Source: a virus. Taken from it: 64,000 nt of DNA. The stretch lies in IMG/VR virus record IMGVR_UViG_3300003937_000247, one strand, 5' to 3'. This document shows positions 7,967 to 16,343 of this stretch, in pieces. The notes under the pieces are model-generated. The model was not told the DNA's origin. It did no database searches and saw only the letters and a list, made by a program, of their open reading frames with translations. The translations under genes and the position numbers were made by a program. Each line of letters opens with the position of its first letter. Within the stretch, counting starts at the first letter, position 1.

Positions 7967-8869
7967 ATGTCAAGTGCATTAGAAGCCCTAAAAAAGTCAA
8001 AGTCCAATTTTGACTCTCTAACAAAACAGTTAGAAAAAACAATAGATCAACCCGATAGAAAAAACAAATACCAAGACGACAGGTTATGGAAACCTGAACT
8101 TGATAAATCAGGTAATGGTTACGCTGTAATCAGATTTTTACCTGCAATAGAAGGTGAAGATATGCCATGGCAACGAGTCTGGCACCACGCTTTCCAAGGA
8201 CCAGGTGGTCAATGGTACATTGAAAACTCATTAACAACTTTAAACAAAAAGGATCCTGTTAGTGAAGAAAATACTAGGTTGTGGAATACAGGCATAGAAG
8301 CCGATAAAGAAATTGCTAGAAAAAGAAAAAGAAAGTTACAATACTATTCTAATATTTTTGTAGTAAGTGATCCTAAACATCCTGAAAATGATGGTAAAAT
8401 ATTCTTATACAAATTTGGTAAAAAGATTTTTGATAAGATTACTGAAGCAATGAACCCAGCATTTGAAGATGAAAAGGCCACAAACCCATTTGATTTTTGG
8501 GAAGGTGCAAACTTTAAACTAAAAATCAGAAAAGTTGATGGCTATTGGAATTATGATAAATCCGAATTTGAGCCAATTAGTAAATTGAAAAATACTGATG
8601 ATGAGATTGACAAAGTATGGAAATCTCAACACGCTCTAAAGCCCTTCGTTGATCCTAGTAATTTTAAATCTTATGAGGAACTCAAAGAGAAACTGAATAA
8701 GACGCTTACTGGACAAAGAAGTACCGAGTCTGTGGAAGATATTGACCTCCCACCTGTCACAAACGACATACCAACGTCTTCTAACAACTCGGTAGAGAAA
8801 GTTGGAACTACGTCCAACGGTAGCGATGACCTATCGTATTTTAGTAAATTAGCTGAGGACGATTCCTAA
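7967..8869 (+). CDS. gp32: single-stranded DNA binding protein gp32
   Basis: DDRLWKP..DKSGNGYAVIRFLP; WYIENSLTT; acidic tail LSYFSKLAEDD. Confidence 0.97.
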   Translation: MSSALEALKKSKSNFDSLTKQLEKTIDQPDRKNKYQDDRLWKPELDKSGNGYAVIRFLPAIEGEDMPWQRVWHHAFQGPGGQWYIENSLTTLNKKDPVSEENTRLWNTGIEADKEIARKRKRKLQYYSNIFVVSDPKHPENDGKIFLYKFGKKIFDKITEAMNPAFEDEKATNPFDFWEGANFKLKIRKVDGYWNYDKSEFEPISKLKNTDDEIDKVWKSQHALKPFVDPSNFKSYEELKEKLNKTLTGQRSTESVEDIDLPPVTNDIPTSSNNSVEKVGTTSNGSDDLSYFSKLAEDDS

Positions 8870-8892
8870 TCTATCTCTCTCACTTTCTCAAT

Positions 8893-8914
8893 TGGGTAGC
8901 CTTCGGGCTACCCA
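8893..8914 (+). terminator. GC-rich hairpin with C(UUCG)G tetraloop after gp32 (terminator or stabiliser)
   Basis: TGGGTAGCC-TTCG-GGCTACCCA perfect 9-bp stem; weak U tract. Confidence 0.75.
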
Positions 8915-8929
8915 TAATACTTCTCTAAT

Positions 8930-9565
8930 ATGTTACCAATAAAAATAGACAGACCTAAAGATTACTTTAAAAATAATATCCATAAGATAGTTTCGGATTA
9001 TCATAATAAGATTATGACTAATATTACTGAAACTCAAAATAAAATGGATAGTTTCATCAATGAACACCATTTAGTTTATGAACTTTTTTACGATAAAAAG
9101 GAATTAAAACTAATGGAGAAATATCACAATAGAGCAAGAATATTAAGTACAAACGCAGGACGAATATTTGACACAGCAGTTAAATTTATTATAACAGACG
9201 TTGAAGGTGGTAAAAGTGAATACATTAATAACCCTAACCAACACCCTTCCAGATTTGAAATTGATGTTATCAACCACGATAAAAAAATAGCATATGAAAT
9301 CAAATGGCGTGACGCAGGCACAGATGGCGACCATACAAATAAAGAGTTTAGAAAAGTAGATTTACTTGTTGAACAAGGTTATACACCTATTAGATTAACA
9401 TTTTTTATGCCAGAGCTAGAACGTTCATTAAAATCTCAAACACAAATTATAAACTATTATGGAAAGTATGGTAAAACCTATACACAAGATAAAGCATTTG
9501 AATATATAAATCAAATGGCAGATATAGATTTACTACAAATATTAAAAGATTTTAAAACGTTTTAA
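8930..9565 (+). CDS. type II restriction endonuclease-like protein, ApaLI family
   Basis: AGR.FD; FEID...AYEIKWRDA.TDGDH..KE; GY.PIR..F. Confidence 0.75.
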   Translation: MLPIKIDRPKDYFKNNIHKIVSDYHNKIMTNITETQNKMDSFINEHHLVYELFYDKKELKLMEKYHNRARILSTNAGRIFDTAVKFIITDVEGGKSEYINNPNQHPSRFEIDVINHDKKIAYEIKWRDAGTDGDHTNKEFRKVDLLVEQGYTPIRLTFFMPELERSLKSQTQIINYYGKYGKTYTQDKAFEYINQMADIDLLQILKDFKTF

Positions 9566-10013
9566 GATGGTCTTCGGTTAGTATAATAAAATTCATATCA
9601 CGTTTTGTACACCAAGCAGCCGCCGTTGACCACTTTCTCATATTTCTCTCAAAAGTCAATAACGCATTTTTATAAACCCTACTTTCACGTAGAGGTTTTT
9701 TAGGTTTACGTGTCTGTTTTTTAGGTTTGATTTCAACAACATATTTTTTAAGTGACTTATTTGCTAGTCTTACTTTCATATAGAAATCAGGATAGTATCT
9801 ATGAGGCTTATTATCAATTGAGCGATACCAAATAACAATTTCTTCACTACCCCATTCTACCACATCTTTGTTCTTATCACAATAGAGCATAAACCTTTTC
9901 TCCCAACTAGACCTATAAATAATGTTGTTAACATTGCCTTTGTACTTTTTTATGTTCAATGGTTTGAATATACCTGTATAGGGACGTTTATCTATATTCT
10001 TCAATTTCTTCAT
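9552..10013 (-). CDS. gp4: head completion nuclease gp4 (TnsA-like)
   Basis: KY.G....I.YRSSWE; W.SEE; HRYYPDF; EIKP..Q; start taken at MKKL (10013). Confidence 0.93.
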   Translation of the reverse strand: MKKLKNIDKRPYTGIFKPLNIKKYKGNVNNIIYRSSWEKRFMLYCDKNKDVVEWGSEEIVIWYRSIDNKPHRYYPDFYMKVRLANKSLKKYVVEIKPKKQTRKPKKPLRESRVYKNALLTFERNMRKWSTAAAWCTKRDMNFIILTEDHLKTF

Positions 10014-10018
10014 AAATC

Positions 10019-10039
10019 TATTTATTAACAACATAAATA
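10019..10039. promoter_or_regulatory. back-to-back late promoters for gp4 (-) and gp2 (+)
   Basis: AATAAATA (- strand, 10019-10026) and CATAAATA (+, 10032-10039), each 5 nt from its ATG. Confidence 0.7.
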
Positions 10040-10044
10040 GTAGT

Positions 10045-10599
10045 ATGGCAAGTGTATTTGACAGAATTAAACTAAAAGCAGGAGATAGTGATAGGTCTGC
10101 TACTTGGTATAGACAACAAGTAAATAAGATAGCAAGTGGTACTACTGCTAGACAACTGTTTAGAGCAGGTAGACTTAACGGAAGACCTAGTATAGGAAGA
10201 CTAAATTTATTTGGTTATAATCCTAAAGGGAGAGCAACACTACCCTACTATGACATATTTCCTTTAGTGTTGCCATTAGAGCCAATACCAGCTGGGTTTA
10301 TGGGTATGAACTTTCATTATTTACCACCGTTGTTAAGATTTAGGTTGTTAGAGAAAATGCAAGCAACAGCGTCTGACCAACGATTTAATAAAAACACAAG
10401 ATTTGAAGTGGCTTATGATGATGTAAAAAGTATAAAAATGGTTAAACCAACAATTAAGAAATATCTGTGGTCACATTTACAAACAGGATTTTTAAGAATT
10501 AATGTTGATGAGGCTGCAATAGCAATAATGTTGCCTGTACAAAGATTTAAAAAGGCAAGTGTGGGACAAGTTTATTCAGATAGTAGGAGATTTATTTAA
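10045..10599 (+). CDS. gp2: DNA end protector gp2
   Basis: Y.PK....LPYYD.FPL; GF.G.NFHYLP; K.YL..H; LP..RF. Confidence 0.92.
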   Translation: MASVFDRIKLKAGDSDRSATWYRQQVNKIASGTTARQLFRAGRLNGRPSIGRLNLFGYNPKGRATLPYYDIFPLVLPLEPIPAGFMGMNFHYLPPLLRFRLLEKMQATASDQRFNKNTRFEVAYDDVKSIKMVKPTIKKYLWSHLQTGFLRINVDEAAIAIMLPVQRFKKASVGQVYSDSRRFI

Positions 10600-11696
10600 T
10601 GTCAATTATTAGTGTAGGTAAAAGAATAGGTGATATGGATATCAGATTAGGTATCCCACCATCAAAGCCACATTTTGGCGTTTCAGATATCAACAAAAGA
10701 ATATCATACAATAACGTTACATCTAATTACAATTCACAATATAACATATTCAGGTCAGGTATAACATCAGCAGGTGGGTTTGCAAGACCTTCACAATTCC
10801 TTTGTACGATTGATGGACCTCCAGTTAGATTACAACGTGGCATTTCTATTTATCCTGACTTTAATAGTAAAAAACAAGATATCCGTATGGACAAGAGTGC
10901 GGCATTAGCTAATGCAATTAAAAAGAATTTACAATTAAGAATGGACCTATTTTGCTCAAACGTAAGTTTACCATCCAGAACAATTACAGATGATGTAAAC
11001 GAAACATACTATGGTCCTAAAAGAGCTCACGCAAAGAATGTTCAATATGAAGAAGTAACATTAGAGTTTTATACGAGTATAAACTATGACGAAAGATTAT
11101 ATTTTGAGGCATGGCAAAACTGTATAATTGATCCTATTAGCCATAACGTAGGTTACTATGATGATTATGCTGAACCTTGTATGATTACTATAACACCATT
11201 AACAAAAACATTTACAGCAGCCCTAGCTAATTTTCAACCGACTGGCAACCCTACTGAAGATAGACAGCAAATAAGAAAAAGTTTAGGTAATACTTCTGGT
11301 TACTCATCTTATCAAGTGCAAATGTATGAGGTATGGCCTAAAACTATTGCTGCTACACCATTATCATATGATTCTCAAAATGCAATAATTAAAACAAGTG
11401 TTACATTTACATACAGAAACTTTGCTACAACAGCATGGAATTGGATGGCAGATAGAGCCGCACCAATGAATAGAGAAAAGAAAAAAAATAGGCAAGAATA
11501 TAGAAATAACACTACAGCCATACAGGCTAGTTTTTTAGATAATTTACCATTTGGTATTGGTAATGAAATTGGTAGAGTAGGCAGAGAGGTCTATGAAAAA
11601 ATAAAAAGAAATTTGCCTATAGGGCGAGTAACAGGAGGACGAGTATTTCCTAAGGGTTTACCAGATCCTAAAATTATACGAGATATACTATATTAA
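10599..11696 (+). CDS. gp54: baseplate tail-tube initiator (gp54/gp19-like)
   Basis: GFARP..F; C..V.LP; FE.WQ; YYDDY; E.WP.TI....LS; VTF.YR. Confidence 0.75.
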   Translation: MSIISVGKRIGDMDIRLGIPPSKPHFGVSDINKRISYNNVTSNYNSQYNIFRSGITSAGGFARPSQFLCTIDGPPVRLQRGISIYPDFNSKKQDIRMDKSAALANAIKKNLQLRMDLFCSNVSLPSRTITDDVNETYYGPKRAHAKNVQYEEVTLEFYTSINYDERLYFEAWQNCIIDPISHNVGYYDDYAEPCMITITPLTKTFTAALANFQPTGNPTEDRQQIRKSLGNTSGYSSYQVQMYEVWPKTIAATPLSYDSQNAIIKTSVTFTYRNFATTAWNWMADRAAPMNREKKKNRQEYRNNTTAIQASFLDNLPFGIGNEIGRVGREVYEKIKRNLPIGRVTGGRVFPKGLPDPKIIRDILY

Positions 11697-11715
11697 TATT
11701 TAAAGGAGTGAAACA

Positions 11716-12435
11716 ATGAGTTTACCATTAATGAATACACCAGAATATGAATTGACTTTATCAAGGAATATAAAGGTGAAATTTAGACCGTTTTTAGTAA
11801 AAGAAGAAAAGATTTTACTAATGGCGATAGAGAACAACAACGAAGAGGAGATGATCAATATATTAATTCAAACTGTACAAACTTGTATGGTGACTAAAGA
11901 TATTGATGTTACAAAATTACCAGTTTATGATTTTGAATGGTTATGGTTAAACATAAGGTCAAAATCAATTGGTGAGGTTATAGATTTAAAACTGAAATGT
12001 CCAGATGATGAAACACAAGTGGTTGATTATAATTTTAACATTGACCAAGTTAAACCAGATTTTAATAAAGAAGTGGAAACTAATATAAAGTTTTCAGAAA
12101 ATTATGGTGTAATTATGAAAGTGCCAACTGTTAAAGAAGTAGCAAATAAGAAAACCATAATGGATTTAACAGTTAATTTGATGAAGGAGTGTATTGCACA
12201 GATTTATAACGGAGAGGAGATATTTGAAGTTAAGGATATTGAACCAAAGGAACTAGACGAATTTATAGATAATTTGACAATGCCTCAATTTAAAAAGATA
12301 AGAGCATATTTTGAGGAGTTGCCAATCATATCTCATACAATTAAGTATAAGAATCCTAAATCTGGTGCTGAACACGAAATGTTGTTACAAGGTGCGGCTG
12401 ATTTTTTTCAGTTACCCTCTTACACGAAAGCCTAG
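11716..12435 (+). CDS. gp26: baseplate hub assembly protein gp26
   Basis: LP...P.YEL; FRPFLVKEEKILL.A; IRSKSIGE; CPDD; C-terminal G..DFF. Confidence 0.9.
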   Translation: MSLPLMNTPEYELTLSRNIKVKFRPFLVKEEKILLMAIENNNEEEMINILIQTVQTCMVTKDIDVTKLPVYDFEWLWLNIRSKSIGEVIDLKLKCPDDETQVVDYNFNIDQVKPDFNKEVETNIKFSENYGVIMKVPTVKEVANKKTIMDLTVNLMKECIAQIYNGEEIFEVKDIEPKELDEFIDNLTMPQFKKIRAYFEELPIISHTIKYKNPKSGAEHEMLLQGAADFFQLPSYTKA

Positions 12436-12599
12436 AGAGTTTTTATAGGACGAATTTTGCTTTAATGCAATACCATAAATACTCATTGAACGATTTAGAG
12501 TCAATGCTACCGTATGAGAGGGAGATATATGTAGATTTACTGATACAGCACATTAGAGAAGAAAACGAAAAGTTAAGAGAGAAACAAAGGGGAAATTAA
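12408..12599 (+). CDS. gp51: gp51-like baseplate hub assembly segment (in the -1 frame of gp26; first ATG at 12465)
   Basis: Read manually: SLESFYRTNFALMQYHKYSLNDLESMLPYEREIYV.LL. Confidence 0.8.
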   Translation, partial: SVTLLHESLESFYRTNFALMQYHKYSLNDLESMLPYEREIYVDLLIQHIREENEKLREKQRGN

Positions 12600-12600
12600 A

Positions 12601-12915
12601 ATGTTAGAAGGAACTATAACAAAAGCAAAGAAAACAGGAATAGATACCATTAAGTTGGTGTGGGAATTCTTTACAGATGAAATACCACACGTGCTATCTA
12701 ATTGGAGATTTGTTCCAAGAGCAATGATGTTATTATATTGTTATGCTTTCTATAGTACTATGAACTGGTTTATGGCATTACCTGAACCTAACAACGCACA
12801 GGCTGGTTTTGTATCAGTAGTTGTTGGTGCTGGCGCTGCCTGGTTTGGTTTATATGTTAATAGTGGTGGAGTTAATAAGAAACCAGAGAAGAAAAAAGAT
12901 ACAACAATAGGTTAA
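12601..12915 (+). CDS. two-TM membrane protein (possible holin-like)
   Basis: WR..PR.....Y; WFM.L..P...QAGFVSVVVGAGAAWFGLY; basic C-tail. Confidence 0.6.
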   Translation: MLEGTITKAKKTGIDTIKLVWEFFTDEIPHVLSNWRFVPRAMMLLYCYAFYSTMNWFMALPEPNNAQAGFVSVVVGAGAAWFGLYVNSGGVNKKPEKKKDTTIG

Positions 12916-12920
12916 GTTAA

Positions 12921-14693
12921 ATGGCAGTTAAATCAGCAATCTTTAAAAAAGGAACAGCAGATAATTTTAATAAGATTCTTAAAAAGCAAAAACTGGAAGA
13001 GTCCGATCCGAAGTTTGCCATATCTGATTCTTTACAAGAATACCAGCAACAATTAGAAAAGTCAGCTGGTTATCAGAACCAAGTCAAGCTTGATAAGGCG
13101 AATATTAGACAAGATGTAATTAATTTTGTTATTGATTATACTGTTGGCGACCTTGACCAATTAAAAGGTATGGACTTTGATGAAGCCAAAACACAACAAA
13201 AGGTTACAGAAAAGACCATTAAAGAGTATGAAGGTTTACATAAAAAAGGTGTATTAAATGATGAAGAAATTGTTTACATAAAAGAAACTGTTGGTAGAAC
13301 AAATGCTGAATTAAAAAAGGTGTTAGGTCTTTCAACCAGATTATCATTATCATTTAGAGATTTCAAAAAAGAATTAAAACCACTTAAATTAGCACAACGA
13401 TTTGGTATGACAAGAATACCAATACTTGGTAAGAAAATAGAAAGAGCAATTGAAGCAGACGAAAGAGCTGAATCTAAAGCCTTAGGAATGAAAAGGCAAT
13501 TGCGTAGAAAAGGACAAAAGGCCGAGTTTAAATCAGGTGGATTTAATCAGGCTGATTTAGCGTCTCCAAAATCATCAGGTGGTAGAGAAGATTTGGCTGG
13601 AAGAGCAGCCACTTCAGGCATATTAGGTATGGGTGCAAAGAGTACTGGAGATCCAGAAAAAGATGTTGAAGAAGAACGAGAGTCAGATAAACAATTTGAT
13701 ACATCATCTGGCCTATTAGAAAGAATACTTGAGGAGAGTGAATTAACAAATGAATTACTAGGGGCAGAGAAAAAACAAGGTAAAAGCTTTTTACAAAAAA
13801 TGGCAACATTGGCATTGGCTATAGGAGGAATAGGTGCGGCCATAGGTTTAGCAATGACGCCATTGCTTGCGCCATTGGCGACAATGGGAGCATCCATTGC
13901 CAATTCGGTGAGAAGTGCGCTTGGGTTCCCTAAAACAAATGTAAAAGGTGGGAATGTAAAAGGTGGGGCAACCAATGCTCATATGCGAAGTAAGACCAAG
14001 ACATTTAAAAAACCTGTCAAACCACCACTTCTTTTAACCGACCAGAGTAAGAAAAACTTAAAGATAAAAGATTCAAAAGTAGCTAACGTAAAAAACACCA
14101 AGGTAGTAGCTAATGCCGCTAAAAAAGGAAGTGCCCTTGCCAAGTCAGCCAAGTTTGCTGGAAATGCAGTTAGAGTAGGTGGTAAATGGTTATGGCCAGT
14201 TGCAGCTGTTATGGGAGCATTTGACGCTGCTAGTGGTTATGCAAATGCAGGTGAAATATTAGGTAAAGAAGAAGGTGACGAGGTAACTACAAGAGATAAA
14301 GCATCAGCAAGTTTTGCTTCATTCTTATCTGGTGTAACAATAGGTCTTATAAACCAAGAGAAAACTGCTAAATGGTTTGCTGGTAAAGACCACCTGAATC
14401 AGGATCAAATAGAATTAACTCAATCACATTCAAGGGCGAACTTGTACAACAAGGCATGGAATCATCCAATGGCTAAAAATGACAAATCTAAATTGGCAAA
14501 AGTAGAGGAGATGAAATTAGATAACGTTGAGAAATTAGATATTATATACAACGGCAGTAAATTGCCATTCAATGTAAACAATCAAAACAACATAGACAAC
14601 ACAAGTAAAACAACAATAATTGATAATAAAACTACATCAATCAAATCAGAAAATCCAGATGGGCTGGTATCTGAATTTAGTCAAATAAAGTAG
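12921..14693 (+). CDS. tape measure / baseplate hub protein (gp29-like)
   Basis: Position between gp51 and gp48; helical Ala/Gly/Lys-rich with hydrophobic patches; N-rich C-terminus. Confidence 0.65.
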   Translation: MAVKSAIFKKGTADNFNKILKKQKLEESDPKFAISDSLQEYQQQLEKSAGYQNQVKLDKANIRQDVINFVIDYTVGDLDQLKGMDFDEAKTQQKVTEKTIKEYEGLHKKGVLNDEEIVYIKETVGRTNAELKKVLGLSTRLSLSFRDFKKELKPLKLAQRFGMTRIPILGKKIERAIEADERAESKALGMKRQLRRKGQKAEFKSGGFNQADLASPKSSGGREDLAGRAATSGILGMGAKSTGDPEKDVEEERESDKQFDTSSGLLERILEESELTNELLGAEKKQGKSFLQKMATLALAIGGIGAAIGLAMTPLLAPLATMGASIANSVRSALGFPKTNVKGGNVKGGATNAHMRSKTKTFKKPVKPPLLLTDQSKKNLKIKDSKVANVKNTKVVANAAKKGSALAKSAKFAGNAVRVGGKWLWPVAAVMGAFDAASGYANAGEILGKEEGDEVTTRDKASASFASFLSGVTIGLINQEKTAKWFAGKDHLNQDQIELTQSHSRANLYNKAWNHPMAKNDKSKLAKVEEMKLDNVEKLDIIYNGSKLPFNVNNQNNIDNTSKTTIIDNKTTSIKSENPDGLVSEFSQIK

Positions 14694-14711
14694 GATTAAC
14701 TAAATAGTATT

Positions 14712-15812
14712 ATGGGATTTCAACCTTTCAAAGCATTAAAAACAATAATAAATGGACTGAAACAACCTTCGTCTGTTTTACAAGGACCTACTATAGGTGG
14801 ATGGAATAAAAAGACAATAGCACCAAATAAAAGAGGTATTATTCATTACAACCCTACTGATATGGACTATTCAGGCCATGTGCATTCAGGATCTGATAAG
14901 TTTTATGTTTATCCATTAGACCACAAAGACCAAGAGCATTACATTTTATTTGATATCATAGAGCGTATACCAGATAAATCAGGAGTTGAATTTAACGTGG
15001 TTCAAGGTGCAGGTCATTCAAAACACCAAGACAATTTAAGCAAGGTTGTATATGGTACAAATAGATTTTTTTCTGAAGGTACAGGTAATCTTATATGGGG
15101 GATGCCTACAGGTAAAGGCAATCATAGAGTTGTAAAACATACAATTGCAGTCTATATGCCACAAACACTTAAATTTAATATGCAGGCAGACTATGGCGCT
15201 GAAGAAGTAGGTTTTGCTATAGGTGCGTTTGCAAAACTAAAAGACGCCCTTGCTGGCGATAAATTTTGGGGCGAGGATATAAAGTCTATAGCTGTAGCGT
15301 CACAAGGGTTAGTAGCAAATATTGCCTCCTTTGCAAGTGGTGGATTACTGGCAGGTGCTGGAGCGGCCTTGCAACGTAGAACTGGTATTGCACCAGCAGC
15401 TATGACAGAAATGGTATTTAATGGTATAGATTACCGAACATTTAGTTTCACATTTAAATTTACACCTAGAAGCAAAAAAGAATCCGATGTTGTAAATAGT
15501 ATGCTACACACTATAAAAGACGCCATGTTACCTATGAAATTTGGCAAAGGTCCATCTGTTGCAGCCTATCGTGTACCACACGAATTTGTAATTAGATTTA
15601 TGAAAGGCACTAATATTAACCCATACATAGACCAAATCGGATTGTGTGCTTGTACAGGTGTTGATATAGATTATGGTAGTGATAAGTTTTCAACACACGT
15701 TGCTGGTGATCCTGTGTCAATAGACGCAACACTAACTTTTAAAGAATTAGAACTAATGGAAAGAAGTAGATATAACCAATTAAGACAAAGTGCTTCTGAA
15801 AGTAGAACATAA
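14712..15812 (+). CDS. gp48: baseplate tail tube cap gp48
   Basis: YPLD; YMP; F.GI..RTFSF.FKF.PRS..E; L.F.ELE. Confidence 0.88.
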   Translation: MGFQPFKALKTIINGLKQPSSVLQGPTIGGWNKKTIAPNKRGIIHYNPTDMDYSGHVHSGSDKFYVYPLDHKDQEHYILFDIIERIPDKSGVEFNVVQGAGHSKHQDNLSKVVYGTNRFFSEGTGNLIWGMPTGKGNHRVVKHTIAVYMPQTLKFNMQADYGAEEVGFAIGAFAKLKDALAGDKFWGEDIKSIAVASQGLVANIASFASGGLLAGAGAALQRRTGIAPAAMTEMVFNGIDYRTFSFTFKFTPRSKKESDVVNSMLHTIKDAMLPMKFGKGPSVAAYRVPHEFVIRFMKGTNINPYIDQIGLCACTGVDIDYGSDKFSTHVAGDPVSIDATLTFKELELMERSRYNQLRQSASESRT

Positions 15813-16342
15813 TGCCAGAATATTTTACTCATTTTCCTAAGATATATTATGACGCCGCTGGTAAAGGTAACTTTAAACTTGTTACAAACCTATTAAGACG
15901 AGTGCAAATGACAGCTGGATTAAAAGAGATTGCAGCTGTATTTGACGAGTATGATATAGGTGGCGAAGATACACCTGAATCAGTATCAGAATCGCAGTAT
16001 GGAGACCAAAGTTACTACTGGATTATATTGTTGTTTAATAATATCAAGGACAGATTTTATGACTGGCCTTTAACTACAGCTCAACTTGAAACATATATAA
16101 ACGACAAGTATGCTGATCCTAATGGCGCTCATCATTATGAAATAGTACAAACTAGTGGTGCAACAACTTCATATGACGACTCACACACAATAAAAGTTAA
16201 TAGTACAGAAGCAGGTGCTACCCTTATTACAAATTCCGAATACGAACAACGATTACAACATAAAAAGGGACGGATTAGACTAGTCAGGCCTGAATTTTTA
16301 GATTTAATAACAGACGAGTTTACAACATTGATAGGAGCATAA
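15812..16342 (+). CDS. gp53: baseplate wedge subunit gp53
   Basis: YF..FP...Y; PE.V....YGD..Y.WIILL.N; WP; HHYE; N.EYE. Confidence 0.92.
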   Translation: MPEYFTHFPKIYYDAAGKGNFKLVTNLLRRVQMTAGLKEIAAVFDEYDIGGEDTPESVSESQYGDQSYYWIILLFNNIKDRFYDWPLTTAQLETYINDKYADPNGAHHYEIVQTSGATTSYDDSHTIKVNSTEAGATLITNSEYEQRLQHKKGRIRLVRPEFLDLITDEFTTLIGA

Positions 16343-16343
16343 T

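Noticed and set aside
9552-10013. TnsA transposase / mobile element
   Set aside because: Motifs and the divergent position next to gp2 identify it as gp4
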